From Glaucostegus cemiculus (lineage: Eukaryota), in assembly GCA_976551045.1 (NCBI GenBank), contig CDPCPM010000197.1:434001-498000 (forward strand): DNA of 64,000 nucleotides. Reading direction: 5' to 3'. Positions 12,589 to 27,042 of the stretch are shown here, piece after piece. A program made the translations under genes and the position numbers. The notes beneath the pieces were generated by a model that was given only the letters and a program-made list of their open reading frames with translations, did not search any database and had not been told where the DNA came from. How positions within the stretch are numbered: position 1 is the stretch's first letter; each line of letters opens with the position of its first letter.

Positions 12589-13964
12589 ATCTTTGAGAAT
12601 GAAACGGCTTGAAGCTTTTGATCTAAAATCGCTTTGGGATGATGTTGATTGTTATAGAGGTTAACAAAATATTATATAATTGACCCAATTAAAAATAACG
12701 TATTTCGTCTAGAGATTTCCATTAAATCAGATTTTGAGAAGTAGGCAAAACATTAATTCAATGCATATTAGTGAATACAACATGAGAAGCAAGCAGCAAG
12801 ATTGAACTTATCATGATATAAAAAGCATACATTACCCTGTGACTTATTTCTGGCAGTGTTCCTTTGACTGACTTAAAGAGGTTAAAATTTTTCAAGAATA
12901 AACTTCCACACCTGGCTCATATCTCCTAAATAGAAAACAATTTGTAAAGACTCCCGGTAGCTATTAATTTCATTTTTATTGCAAACTGCTGTTGACCTAT
13001 ACTTTCCCCCTTGCACCTTGGACCTCACGTTGGGCGACGAAATATTTAACAAGACTGAGTTTAAAGTTTAGCTTTACTTTTTCATTCTGTTCCACGCCGT
13101 GAATCTGGACTGAAGCGCTTCAACCAAACATCTGAGAAACCAAACAACTAAAACGAAACAGGAATTACATTTGCAAATTAATTTCATTTTCAAATTAGAC
13201 TAGGTACGCGCAATGCTTTTGAAAAGTAAAATCCATTGAAGCGTCTGCATTCCTTTTGAATATCTGTTGTACTAACAACGTGGCTAAAGCGCAATTGACC
13301 ATAACTTAGCATGTAACATACTATCAGTGACGTTTATGTCTCTTTCACCTTTAGTGGACATTATACATAAACTGTGTTTGTACTGAGAAATAAAGTGTCT
13401 TTTAAATGTTCTTCAAAATGTCTGACATTCAATACATGTCAAAAAATGGTGATCTGTCGTCTCAATTAGCTTTTCATGCGATGGAGGTTTGTCAGATACG
13501 AAATGTGTAACATTGAATTCAAATGTTATATTTATTTTTTAAAAAATGTAAAGGAACTGTTATACCAAAGATTATTAACATTGTGTCCATCGCATCTTGT
13601 TTATTATCAAGCACACTGAATACCGCACAATAACCTTGTAGGAGAGAGGAATAAAAAGACCTCTTAATATTTGAACAATATGAAAATCCACCCCTAAGTG
13701 TTTAGATTAAGTATTTTGTTTTCATGTTCGTCATGTGGACTGAAATTCTTTTGTAAAGCATGTTCTGTATATTTCACGGCTTGAAGTCGTTGCATCATTT
13801 CCCAGGCCTTGTTATACGTCAATATTAAAACGCAAATAAAAGATAATAAAATTGTGTTTGTCTGTTTTTATGTAGTTTCTGAAAATGTTTTTTTTTTAAT
13901 CTTTTCAAATCTATTTAACTTTATTGTGGCCATATACACCCTAGTGGTTCTCCCTTGAAGTCTG

Positions 13965-14225
13965 GCTCGTGTATATCATGCACGGTGGTTGGCTGATTGT
14001 GAACCCGTGAAATTGACCTGAAATGGACAACTTGGTAGTTGAGAGAAAAAAAGACGGAGAATTCCGATTTTCCCAGCCCTAAAGAAACCCCTTCCAGTTT
14101 GAAGTGTATTTGGTATCCGGTGTCGGTGATTTAAATACCATCGAGACGGTCGTAACCCGACTGTGGGCACCGACGATGCTCCACGGACGAACACGTCTGC
14201 TTTTGTAAAGTTTTATGGCCACTGA
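13965..14225 (+). promoter_or_regulatory. Putative regulatory element or promoter upstream of miR-196
   Basis: CCAAT-like (GTTGG/GATTG) motifs, TGATTTAAATA and a Cdx/Hox site TTTTATGGCC within 1 kb 5' of miR-196; function inferred from position. Confidence 0.4.
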
Positions 14226-14860
14226 ATGTGTTTGGCAAGTTGCTGTCATGTAGGACTTGTTGGACTTGGGCAGTTTGGCTGTGAACGGCCCGCCACAAGA
14301 CATAATTTTGAGATCAAGGAAATGGTCACTCTTCTCCTTCCTTGATAACGTCGCTAACTTGGCTTTCAAGATTTTGGAAAACATGAAGAAAAGGGTAGGA
14401 CATTGTTGTGACGTTAACTGTTCCCTGCCAATGACCTTTTGTAAGGATGGTTACAGAGACGTTGACTTTGTAGAAAATTGATACTTACAACTTTTCCAAA
14501 TTTGTCGATATAACATTTCAGTGACTAGTTAAAAAGGTAAAATCTTGATTCATCCCCGCGGTATTGAAACTATGTAATGAAGTTTGTGGCTACTTTTCCC
14601 GAAATTTGTATGGTACAGACAAAGCAAGGTCAAAATGGTGCGGTCTATCCTGTTGGAATAATGAAAAATAGATAGATGGAATTTCTCAGCAGTTATTCAC
14701 CATGAGATATTTAATCATCCTCTCTTCATATTTCTTGTACATATTTACTTTTATTATTTGAGTTTTAAACAATCATATCCAGCTAAAACAAATTTCGCAA
14801 CGTTGGTCTTTATTTTACTGTTCGACTCGTTAGGTCCAGACTTTGGCGCCAGCGAAATTG

Positions 14861-14945
14861 AACTGTTGAGTGACTTAGGTAGTTTCATGTTGTTGGGCTT
14901 CTGTTTTGATCGCAGTGACAAGAAACTGCCTGAATTACCCCAGTT
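14861..14945 (+). ncRNA. mir196a: miR-196a precursor (mature 14876-14897)
   Basis: Exact mature TAGGTAGTTTCATGTTGTTGGG; complementary arm CAGTGACAAGAAACTGCCTGAA; canonical position between PG10 and PG9. Confidence 0.97.
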
Positions 14946-17900
14946 ATTGTCATCGCAAACTTTTGGATTTTAATTAAAAAGTGGAATCTCTGGCATTTGT
15001 TACGAAGAAATTGTATGTATATAATGGTGACACCAGCAACGCCAAGTGCCGATGGTTATTGAAGATTAACTGAAGTATAAGATTGTCTAATTGCCTCTAT
15101 GCTTGATACGTGGATAGATTGTAACATGATGTCTGTGCAATCACATACACGAATAACATGGCAACATTTTAAACCGCTCAAATTCTCTACATTTTCGTCA
15201 GAGCTTAATATATAGTTTTAGAATTGCGTTACAATGGCAAAGACGATTTGCTGGATTAACTTTTCTATCCCTAAAGATCGTGGATAGGCGGATCAATGAT
15301 ATAGTGGCAGTTGAAAAGGTATACACGTAGAAATACAAATAAGGGTAGATTGTTTGCGAGTCGTATCTGTGCAATCATTGCTTTAAACATGATTTATTTC
15401 CGGGTTTAGTAACAGTAAAGAATAGAGGAGCAGATAAACTGCATGATCAGTTATATAGTGTATTGGTTTTGTTTCAAAAGGTAACTGGATCAGATTTAGA
15501 TTATAATTTAAGCAAAACAAATTTAACATATCAGTTCACAGAGCTAAACGTGTTGCACACGACCATTCACAAGTTCACCATTGTTTGAGATTAAACCCTT
15601 AAAGAAACGCAGTAATGATGAGATGTGTGACTCACAACTAACCATGCTTGCAGTCTTGCAGTACTGATAGTTTACTTTCCTGTGATACAATTTATCCAAA
15701 CATAGATATTATTCAATCAGTGATAATCAGAATTTTTTATTGAACAAAGAAAGACAGGTCTATATACCCCAGTTAGAGATATCCAGCTATTCAACAGCAT
15801 TTTTAAATGAAGGCAGCCAATTACATAAGGGGATGATACCGCCTCAGATTGGACCATTTACTCCTGACGAAGAAGGTTTAGAATATCCATCGTCACATTC
15901 CTGTTTGATTAATTCACATTTTGCTTTTAAAAGGAAGTTTTTCCTGACTGTTCTACAATTCGTCGACATGAACTGTCAGTTTGCAATGTGGTGCGTCTGC
16001 AAAATTACTATCGGCTACTGCTCAGAACACTCGTAGGGGCACCTAGCCCGCTGAGTGCTTATAGAAAAGAATTACTATGAAGGATGTTGATACCAATTAG
16101 ACTTTATATGTAGTTCAGCCATGGGTTATAACGGTATGCCCCTCCTTTCCTAATATGTTGAATATTATTTAATACAAACGAGCTGGGTCTGTTTTTCCTT
16201 CTCAACTGCATGCTTTCAGTGCATTATTAAATGTACCAAGCAGAGGGAGACAGCAGGAACTCGTTATTGTTAAAGATGCCGGGCGTTTAAAACTTCATTT
16301 TAACTAGTAGGATTGCACGATGTGCCAGTAGCCGGGAGCAAATGGCTTAATTTCTGGCACATTTAAGTATGAGATCAACCTCCTTCTTTAACTCCAAACG
16401 CTGTGATCCCACCCCAATGGCCTGCAGCGACCCCGAACGTCAGGACTTTTCTTATTCATGATGCGGCCGCTGTTGCCGGAGACAATCGCCATTTTTGGTT
16501 GGCAGTGGTCTGGATATGTGGTTTAAAAAGGCTTTGAAATATAACACTATCAATTTAGAACGTACTGAAAATGTCCATTGATTTGCACTAATTGAAGCTT
16601 ACAGTCTTCTTACGGCTATGGTGTACGGGCATTTATACTGTAAGCGCAACCATAAATTTCTTTGTACTTCTACTGTCCAATGTCGTTAAAATGCGCATCA
16701 TACTCATTCTCCCCAAGTTAAAAATCTCCTCCGATCTCTCATTTGGACACTGTTACCTTTAGTGTTTGGACACATATTTGACTGGCCACATATGACAGAA
16801 AAATGTTTTTGCAGTTGTCTCGAGTGATCATTTTTTTAACTTTATTAATAGCGAAAGGCTATTCGATATGAAGATTTTTAAACTACATTTTGTATATTTA
16901 ATTATCGTATTTGTAAAATGAGGATTTGTAAACTCCAATGATACATCCAGAATTTCATAGTACCCACTACGCCAGTGTCTTGTTATCGCTTTGAGATAGC
17001 CGGGTTTCTTGAAGCTGCCTTTTTAACATGTGCACAACAATAGCCTGACCGATTGGCGATTTTCATCATAAAAAGGCCCCTACAAATATGAATGTGCATT
17101 TCCCCGTGCTTCGAATGACCAGAAAAAGTAATTAATTTTTACAGATAAAGTAACTTAATATTCTCACAGTCCGCGCACTTGATGCACTTCAGGAAGTATA
17201 ATTATTTTAGAAACCTATTTTTGCTGTCAGTGGAAATAAATATCCATGAACTGAATCTTTTTAAAGAACACTCTGTGTAATTACAATTCAATTAATGAAG
17301 TACAGATTTTAACTTTGTTCCCTAGCTTCGATCAAAGAGATTGCAGATAAGATGAACCTCTTATTGTGAAAGATATGTAACATTCATCATTCAATTGTAT
17401 ATGTGACGTTTTTAATCCAGATTCAAACATCCATTTTATGTCAAGTTACAGGCACGTTGGTTCTGGTTGGACAAGTTATTTGTTGAAAATAAAGCTATTT
17501 CTTAGACGAGATAACATTCACGTTAAATTGAAGCTTAAGTCCCAACACCTTAGGGGCGTTCTTTTAAATAATAATTCAAACCAAGCGGTCGCTGAGTGGA
17601 AAATATTCTCAAATTATTTTCTGAAGTTTATTGCCGAACTTTTGAAAGTATCGTGGAGGCAAAATGAACGCCTCTACTGAGAGTGCAGATGGCAGAACAA
17701 TGAGGTTAGTTTTGTTCATATGCAATCCCATACAAGACAAGTGAATCACGATGCTAAATTATAATCATATTGATGCAGATTGTCAAATATAAATCACAGG
17801 ATGTTAAGTAATATATAGATTCAGTTTTGTAATGATCTGATCAAATATTTGGGTATTCTTTCTTCGTGGCATGTTCTAACTAAATCGGGCTCTTCATGTA

Positions 17901-19409
17901 TTTAAGAATATGTTTAAAATGGGAGAATCTCTGTGGATTAAGATTGAAATCGTAATTATCATATCAACGAATACACAGATATTACACTCAATTTGTAGTT
18001 AGTTTCTGTAGTTTTTCCAATGGAGGCCATTGAAATGCTCATAGTCTTTAAAACGGTTCTAATTTTAAGATATAAATATTACTTAAATGGTACCTGAGTC
18101 CAATCAAATGAACACGTAAGTATATTTGAATTGGATTTAGGTTAGGATTGAAAAATGCAGGTTAGGTTTTATAAAATCAAGGTTTGGCCAAAAAAAAATG
18201 ATTTGTAGTTCATATAAACAGGTCGCCACATAATCTTTTGCTTTCACCATAAATTTGTTCTGCGGTTTGACTTTGTATCAGCTAAATCCAACCCCGTCTA
18301 GTTACTCCACCAAGCTTTCTTAATAGATGTGTAACAGGGTTAAACATTTTTAGTTTTCGAGAATGAGTGAGATAATGAAAGTGGTACGATAAGTTGGATG
18401 GCCGAATGAGTTCCCACCAATATAAATCCTCACTTGACGTTGAATTTTCTTTTATTTGAGTATTTCCCTATGAATAGGGACGAACGTGATCTCGAAATTT
18501 TCATTCATAATTTCTCTCCAGCTTCCGAATTCAAATAACTTTTTAAAGTATTCATTCTCACGGAAAGGATGGCCGCCAGTATAGATAGAAAAGATAACAA
18601 GGGAGACCGTGGCTTTAAGTTAACCTCTTTTAACAGTTTATGCACATATTTAAATCATTTTGCAATAACTCCCTCGTTCGCCGTGGTTGTATGTGATTTA
18701 GATACACACTTCCCGCACTCCTTGGTTGTAAAGTAGTCTTGTTAGGGAATTAAAAAGCACAGAGTATCCCTATGATGCAGAGTAACATGTAGCAATATCA
18801 TTAACTTACCGGTGAATGTTAAAATATTAGAGTCGGAAAAAGTTATAGAACAATGTTATCTTTAATTAATCGAGTCCAATGCTTCCCTATTGCGAATTTT
18901 GTCAAAATTAAAACATGATGAAAACAAGTAAAGATGAGCACTTTCGCCACAACCTCTCTCGTGTAAAGTTTTAAATACGGAGAGAGCATTTGCATTTCAT
19001 TATCAGCACCAGATTCTCAGACAAATATTAATTCAAATTTAGGCGTTCTAACCCCCCCAAAGTCGCTAGTTTCTTGCACCCACCAAACACACCCCAAAAA
19101 AAAGACGCAAGAATTGTCCGACACAGTGATTGGGTTCAACGGTTTTTATATGTTATCGTTTTCAGATAATAACCAGCAATAATAAGACTGTCGATTATGA
19201 GACCTGGTGTGAGAATTTGTCACACGAGATAAGATTAATTAACAAGCAAAGTAGTTCCTTTGAAAACTGTTTATAAAAATTGAATCTCGTTCTATATTGT
19301 TACGGATTTTACACTATGTATGTCTATATGCAGTAGTGTTTCTTGTTTGAGACGATTTCACCTCTAAAAGTATATAAAACGAGGGGCCATGTTAATTGTT
19401 TAACCCCCA

Positions 19410-19480
19410 TTGCGGATTGATTTACGTTTTATTGTCGCTTTGTCGGCCTCATGAAAACTTTAACCAATCGTTTCGCAGGT
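19410..19480 (+). promoter_or_regulatory. HoxB9 proximal promoter with a Pbx-Hox site and CCAAT box
   Basis: TGATTTACG at 19418-19426, TTTTATTG, and CCAAT near 19464, 120-170 bp 5' of the ATG. Confidence 0.55.
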
Positions 19481-19588
19481 AGCCCACAACATATTAGCTA
19501 ACTCTACTTTGTTAGTTGAGAAGTTCAGAGAACAATTTCTAGTCTTACATATAATTTCCCAATGTATCGAGGTGTATGATGTTTAACA

Positions 19589-20105
19589 ATGTCGATGTCT
19601 GGTGCTATTAGTAACTATTTTGTCGATTCCCTTATAAGTCATGACAGCGACGGGACAGCTGCAACAAAGTTAACTTCGGGACAATATATAGTCTCCAGAC
19701 AGCCGGGGCTTAGCGAACATCCCGACTTCCCTGCTTGTAATTTTCAGACGAAACCTTCCGTGTTCGGCACCTCTTGGACCCCAGTGTACCCTCAGCCCTC
19801 AGCCAATGTGTCCACCTTGTACCATCCATATGTCCAGTCTCATCCCATCCCGCCTGAGAGCAGGTATATGCGGTCATGGTTGGACACGACCCCCAGAGCC
19901 GTGGCCGTACAGGGGATACCTTCCAGCGGTCACGATTCATTGAAAGCAGAGCCCCTCGCGGGCCACGGCGGCCAAACCTTACCGGCGGCTCTCCAAAAAT
20001 TGCACGGGGAATCCTTGGAGGGCGAAGTCATGAGCTCCGGGAAAGCGCCATGCTATGAAGACAGCTTATATGAAGAGAAAGGGGACAAAGAGGCAGCGGA
20101 ACAAA
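19589..20105 (+). CDS. hoxb9: HoxB9 coding exon 1 (spliced protein 252 aa)
   Basis: PG9 motifs MSMSGAISNYFVDSLISH, YHPY and SRYMRSWL; donor CAAA|GTAAGT at 20106. Confidence 0.95.
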
Positions 20106-20229
20106 GTAAGTTGGACATAAGATGCACTTGATTAATTCCAGAGAGAAGGTTCGTTTTGGAAATACTACTGAAATAAGGTTCTAATTAAAGTCAGTTTGTC
20201 TCCAGTACAGTCACACGTATTTAACTGAT

Positions 20230-20360
20230 TTTTATAATGCTTGTTGTTTTATGCGACTCTCTTCTATTTTATGGGTTCCACAAGTAACCACCTGCAAACC
20301 TTTAACGACGGTCTTACTCTAGCAGGCAATAAAGACATAAATGACTGATTATACGTTTTC
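20230..20360 (+). promoter_or_regulatory. HoxB9 intronic Cdx/Hox site cluster (probable enhancer)
   Basis: Clustered TTTTATAA, TTTTATG, TTTTATGG, CAATAAA and CATAAA motifs; PG9 intronic enhancers are known. Confidence 0.5.
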
Positions 20361-20803
20361 CCCTTGTTATTTACCCCTCTTTTTGTATCAATCTTCTGAA
20401 GAAGAGTGAGCAAATATGTGTGGCAAATCATTGTGTGAAGCCGTTGAGTAATAGAAAGAGCGAGAGAGAGAGAGAGAGAGGGAGAAAAATTTATGCATTG
20501 CTGCCGCCGTTTAGTTTTACACCCCAATTTGCAAACGTAGTCATAAACAGAAAAAAAAACACAAAATAAATCTAATCCTTCAGTAGACGCCCAGCAGTTT
20601 GCACTTTAGTAATGCAACTTACAGACACTTAGGGATATGAACAAACACAGGCACGATATCACAGTTCTTAGGTTCATGAATGTTTGGGGAATATGTCCCC
20701 ACACGCATTGCATTGTGAGAAGTGTATTAATGAAAGCGGTTCGCGTTACAATTCTTATTCTGGTCTGATTGCCCATTCCTCTTCCTTCTCCACTCATCTT
20801 CAG

Positions 20804-21045
20804 ACAATCCTTCAGCAAATTGGTTACACGCTCGCTCGACAAGGAAAAAAAGATGTCCTTACAGCAAGTATCAAACCCTGGAGCTGGAGAAAGAGTTTCT
20901 GTTCAACATGTACCTCACCAGAGAGCGGAGGCACGAAGTGGCGCGTCTTCTGAACCTGACAGAAAGACAAGTCAAAATCTGGTTTCAGAACAGGAGGATG
21001 AAGATGAAAAGACTCAGTAAGGAGCACGTAAAGGAGTTCGAGTGA
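20804..21045 (+). CDS. hoxb9: HoxB9 coding exon 2 (homeobox; not in the ORF track)
   Basis: Acceptor catcttcAG at 20802-20803; [80 protein letters not shown]; HEVARLL is B9-type. Confidence 0.96.
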
Positions 21046-24000
21046 CGAGATGTTTAGTTGAAACTTTAGCGCGTAGCCGGTTATTGCTTTCACTGCAGTA
21101 TATCCGTAAACCACTGTAGTTCAGAGAAAATCACCACCCTTCCACAACAAAGAATAGCCTGAATGCAAGGTCTTAACATCCAGCAATTCGGCTATTTATT
21201 TCGAACATTTTAGTGCATTCATTCAGGGAATAGCGTCACGTGTAAAGGATTTTATTGCAGGATATTAAGAGATACAACTTCCTCTCATTCTCAATCACTC
21301 TATTAGCCAGAAATGATCAGCGAGCTTTTATTCCTACTCCGTTCTCTTGTCTTGAGGGTTTTAAAAGAAACTTGAGGTTATTTATAAATTATTACAGTTT
21401 CTGCGAATCTTTTGGTGATGGTCTTTGTGGCCGACCGCGCTGCAGAGCAACAATTTGAGGGAAGGGTCTTTAACCTACGATTGATTTTATATATATATTG
21501 TAATCTTTTCTGTTTGCAGTGATTTAACACGACTTACTATCAATTGTTTACATGCAAAGGTGAATGTTTATAATACATTGTTAAACGCAACAAATTTGCG
21601 GTTGTTTTATTAGTGTTTTTCCAACCCCCCCCCCATCCAATCACTTTGTTTTGAAGATATGTTTCCTTCCAAGGTATTGTGATTACTATTTAAACCGAAT
21701 GATCATGTACTTTACAATCTCTTTTTCTGTAGACTTTAGTTTGTGCATTTGGGTGAGTTTGGGCCTGTCGTGTTTTGGTTTAATATGAATAACCAGACCC
21801 CCAAAGTTTAAAAGAGTAGTTGTCACGTTTAGCTGCCTGTATCCTTTGTTAAGTGTTTGTATATATCTGGGTAACTATTACCACGTGGCTTTTAAAATAA
21901 GGCTTTAGTACTGAGCACGACAAATATGGTCGAGATGAAAAATTAACGATGTATTATATGGGATTTCGTAACATTTAGGAAAGAAAAAGATGCATGGGAA
22001 TAATCTGACAAAGTTACCCGGATTATGGTTATCCACCGAGATGCAAGGAAGGAGACTGACAAATGGATCAGATTAAAGAGATAAACTGTGGTTAAAAAAA
22101 TAACATTCCAGAAGGCAACTTGTAAATATTTCTGCGTATCTTTATGTCTCTGTCCGGTGTGGAGCTGGTGTTTATACTCGGACTTTTGTAGGTTTGTGCA
22201 GATTTTACATTTAAGGTAATCGAATCAACTATTTTAAATAAACACCCCAAATCTGGGTGGCCTTCACTTTTAGATTTTTTCTCCCCCCCCCCCACCCCAC
22301 CCCACCCCACCCTCCCCCACCCCTTTCCGGAACTGTCCAACAGCAGCAGCGCGCGGTTGCACTATTTAATGTGATTTTATATTATTAATGATAGAAATAA
22401 TAAGAAATGAAATCAACTGAATGATGTAAAAAATTGAACCCACCGTTCTCTGTGCACCTAACACTACAATCAATAGATGAAAATATATGAATGTATGACA
22501 AACATACTACAAAATAAAATGCTGTTGATCAATGGAAATTAGATGTTTCCGCATGACCTTGCGTCTCTCTTTCAGGCCCTGCCGCATTACTCGTTCCAAA
22601 CATGAGTCCTTCTTTGGGCCTGAACCAGAACCATTAAAGTAGCCAGAAGACAAAATGTTTATATTGATTTAGTAAGTTTAGAAAACATCTGAAAATAGGG
22701 AATGAAAAGGCTTTATTTGGAACGAAGAAACTAAAACCAATTCCTAAAATCTCAAAAGGAGCAAATATTGATTCAATGAATCACGGGAAAATAATTGGCG
22801 ATAACGTCAATGTTTTCTACCGCAGCCTCGGACATGGAGTCTCTCAGTAATTTTATGATGCTGTTCTTGAGCTTTTCCAATAAATTCTCCACCACAGTGG
22901 ACACAATGGCGAAGCGTCAGTACAATAGAACAGAGCAGAGAATGCATGCAGCTACTGGGAAGAAGCGGAAAAAAAACCCCAAGGCGAAGTGTTTCTCTAA
23001 ACACAGCTCGATAAAAATGCTTCAGTCATATGAAGAAACGTTTTTCGGAGTCGACGCCGAAAGCTTTTAGCACAGAAATAAAATAAAGACTGTGATTTAC
23101 TTTCAATGGTTTTTATCAGTAGAGGATCTAAAGAATTCACTATTTTGATGTGTTTTGACCGATTAATTAACAAAGTGCAAACAGCAATCTTAACCGCATT
23201 TATATCGTGTTTACTTTAAATATTTTATTGTCAAATTCATACCATAAACTACGAAACTTCAGTACTTATTACATGCTGAATATTAAGCATCAGGGTTATT
23301 GGAACAGAATTAAATGCTTAAAGGATTCAAATGTAAAATAGCACGTATTTACATGCAAGGTGGATTATATATTCTTAGCGAATTTATTTACATTATTAGG
23401 ATGAAAATATCGTTATCTGTGTCCTGAAGATTCACTTGTACGTTTCAATTGCATAGTGGTAAGTAATACCCGGCCAACCGACCTAAATAAGTTAAATTTC
23501 CAAACTCATGGGATATCATTTCAATATTATTTATTTCTAAAAGGTTTAAGCCAGTTTTTTTTTTAACGCACTTCGCATGTGTAAGAAATTCATATGGAAA
23601 ACCTTGTTGCTCTATATTATGCACATGACTGGCTGTCTATACATATACACATATATGTATAATAAATACATACATCATGATGCATACTTCTCGCATACGT
23701 AAATATGCATGTGTTTTTTGTATAATAAGTGAGATTGGTATGGTGAGCAAAATAAATTGCTTCAAGAAATTGACTATCATTTTGCTATCTGCTACATCCC
23801 TACATTTAATTACCTATCGCAAAACGTAGTCCCAAACCAAAATGTTTCAAAATTGTTACTAAAACACTATAAAATTTAACATGCTGACATTAAAGAAGGA
23901 TATTTCATATGAATGTATTCAACGAAGAAATTATTGTACCTTGAAACAATCGTGTGTAAAAAATCCGATCACACGATATATATCTTTGAATGCAATGAAG

Positions 24001-24459
24001 AAATTAATCAATTCCATGGCGTGTTCAGGAAGGATGACATTTTTGTTTGATAATACTTGCAAAACCTTATTGTCGATAACGAAACTATGTGTAATTAAAT
24101 GGGAGAGAAGCAGGTTCGCTACGTTCAAAGCTTCAGGATGTTTCATTGGAAAGGCTATGGATATGTCAGGGGGCATATTAAAAATTGAATCTATGATTCG
24201 ATGTTTTATAATACCTTCATATTAGGGAAAGTGGTTATGTGACCGCTTGAACTAGCTTTTACTAACACTAGATGAAAATAATTACGGGACCAGCATGTCG
24301 TATATTACGACTAATATATCAGTTGTTTGCATTTCAATATTTTTTCCCAACAGAGGAGACACAACCGTATTAAAAAGAACAGAAATAAGTGTAGTACGGT
24401 GGTGCTGGAGGAGGAGGAGTTAGGAAGTTGTCTGTCATTATAGGAAATTCAGTGTGTGT

Positions 24460-24550
24460 GCTGCAATAAAATAATATGACCGCTGTAAAAGTTTATAGGG
24501 TATAAATTTCTGAAGGTTAAGAATTGAACGTCTGTAAAACAAACACAGCA
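24460..24550 (+). promoter_or_regulatory. Cdx-site cluster between HoxB9 and HoxB8 (HoxB8 upstream enhancer-like)
   Basis: GCAATAAAATAATATGACCGCTGTAAAAGTTTATAGGGTATAAATTTCTGAAGGTTAAG contains several Cdx-type sites and resembles, from memory, the conserved mammalian element. Confidence 0.65.
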
Positions 24551-25180
24551 AAGGGAAAAACTTTCAGAACCTATTAAATTAAATTCACAATTGGAGGTGG
24601 CAAGTTATAAAAATGCGACTTTATTTCTGAGGGAAAATATATAAGAATTGTATTTTTAAAGAAAAATCCTGCAGAATATTGTATTAAAACCAAAATGCTT
24701 TTTGACCCTAAAGCAAGCGACGCCCTCTTTTGTTCTACTTCCTAACCCTTCCAGGCTGCCAGAAATTACTGCAATAAAAAGCTATACAGATTCTGGCGAG
24801 ACGTCTGGCCCAGAATCTTTGGATGTGTTTACAGCCCGCGCCCATGCCTGGCAGATTATTCTAAAGTAAAATGCCTTGGAGGTGGAGACAATTCAGTTCT
24901 CAAAGCGTTCTTTCTCTCTTTTCCCCCTTGTTCCTCTTCTGTACTGCTTTTTAGGAATGTATGTTAGAAGCAACCGTTCCAATACTTTATGAGGATGTGG
25001 TTTATTGGCATTGATCACCTCTATATAAAATGATGGAACTAAGAGTTTAAACATTTTCCTTCGCCGCTATTTGAGGCTAATGAATCATTTACCGCGAGAT
25101 TTTATCACTCTATTACTCGTATTTACTAATACTATTTCACCCTGTGTGTTTTCACAAGTCCAGAATAATTCTCTCCATTT

Positions 25181-25194
25181 CCAGTAGGTGGCAT
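25181..25194 (+). promoter_or_regulatory. CTCF motif (9|8)
   Basis: CCAGTAGGTGGCAT matches CCASYAGRKGGCRS at 13 of 14 positions. Confidence 0.65.
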
Positions 25195-26992
25195 CAATGT
25201 TCCACCAAACTCAATCATGGCGCTTCACTATACGTTAGTTCAGGAATCCGGGATGCAGTAGCCTTTATGCACTTAGCAAGTATACATTTCCTGACATACC
25301 ATCTTTATTCTTGGTCGATCACGTTGCGCAGAAAAAGGCAAAACATATCAGGTTTTTTTTTGCTAAAATGTTGCTCTAGTCAGGAGTTTTGCACTAATTT
25401 CCCTCAATATATCACTAAATATTGTTTGGGAAAGTAACCTACGCATCATGCTTTTTGCCTTTTTTTGTCAGATGCTTTAGTAAGTCTTAAGAACTTACAA
25501 AGAAATAAATTCGGCCATTTTCGACCAGACAGTAAATGAACAGGGACGGTTCCATTATAGTGAAATCATGAGGCTTGTAACATTTGGGAAACGTATAAGC
25601 TATTAGTTCTTGTAGATGTTGATTAAGCAACTAAATATCCAGCAAATAGAGGGATTTGTTAGAGGGATTTGTAACCGCCTATTATAAAAAGACGCATGTA
25701 ATGGGGGAATAACTGGTTAAAGGGTGTGTTTAAAGTGAATATTATCATATCTGGATGCTTAGCTTCCAGATGAACTTTCAGCCCCGTTATATATCTCACA
25801 TTTCACCACAGTGAATCTACCCTAGACTGCTTCAGGCGTATTGATTATTATTTGTGCACCGGCCTTCAGTTCAACAAACCATATCCCACACATTTGCACT
25901 GAAAGCAAAAAGCATGAACATTTCTTCCAGACATTTCTAGACCTTCATGTTTCGGACTAGACCAAATTGGTTTCGTTTTTTTTATACATCGTTTACAGGA
26001 TTTAAAAAAGTTGCACAATTCTGTTTTAGATTGATCTGCGAAACTGCAGTCTTGTTTTGTTTATGACATAAAGGCTGAGGAACAGCAGTCCTTTGGACAG
26101 AATAGGACTAACTATAACATCAGGACCGGACCTTCTTTCAAGATAAAGGAGAACCTTTACTTCAATTAGCACCGTTCTTTAACTGTTTCTGCCCCCCCCC
26201 CCTTTACTTATTCATCAGTTTTTCTTTGTTTTTCTTTTATTCTATCTCATTTTCCTGCACTATGTATATTTTATTCATGGAGAGCCAGAAGTCCATACTA
26301 GAGCCAAGAAAACCCAAAATGTAACACAAAGGTGCCGAGTATAACCGCTTTTGTTTGATAATTTTATATCTTGATTCTTTGTTATCTTCATGTTTACACC
26401 GAGGAATGCAGATAAATGTAATTAATAATTTGGAATTAGAATCATTCTGTTTATTTATTACACATCTAGAGGTGTTGTGTGTAAATATATGTGGCAGTTC
26501 TTTCTACCGTCGTCTACCATGAGCAAAAGAAGCACGCGATTTTAGATTTCAAAGAAGCCGATTTCGAGGTTGTTTTCTCCTTCCTTTCGTACATGATGCT
26601 CCCGTTCTATTCATCTGAGATTAAACTCCAATGTGATGCTATTCACCCGCTAAATTATCAGCATTCATCCCATTAAAGCGGCACAGTGCATAGATTTAAT
26701 TGAGTTTTATTTGTGTAATTCCATCTAGCAATTGAGCGGCACATCAATGGAAAATGAAACCGAAGTCTCGGCATTAACCTATAATAGATACCACTACACT
26801 GATGCTGCATGTTTCTACGTATATACAAGTGGTGTACAAGTGTAGTTACACACTTCCAAGCATAATGGCTTCAGAAATAAAAGTAAACTTATCTGTAAAC
26901 AATGCAAGCAGAAGTGGATTTGAAATAGATTTAAAAATAATTGTCGTAATTGCGTTTGTGATAGGTACCAGGAACTTCAAATTACACATGCA

Positions 26993-26994
<2 letters not shown>

Positions 26995-27026
<32 letters not shown>

Positions 27027-27042
27027 AGTGTGTGTGTGTGTG
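26995..27042. repeat. (TG)n microsatellite
   Basis: Visible dinucleotide run. Confidence 0.95.

Noticed and set aside
17652-17665. GCAGATGGCAG partial CTCF core
   Set aside because: The 5' CC of the consensus is missing; too weak to call.
22282-22325. G-quadruplex-capable tracts (also at 5008-5060, 49525-49560, 54290-54330 and 57635-57690)
   Set aside because: Simple low-complexity runs with no further evidence of function.
25647-25672. Tandem 13-mer TAGAGGGATTTGT, and the GAAAATGCCTCA repeat at 568 and 666
   Set aside because: Two-copy slippage or chance repeats with no array structure; not CRISPR-like.
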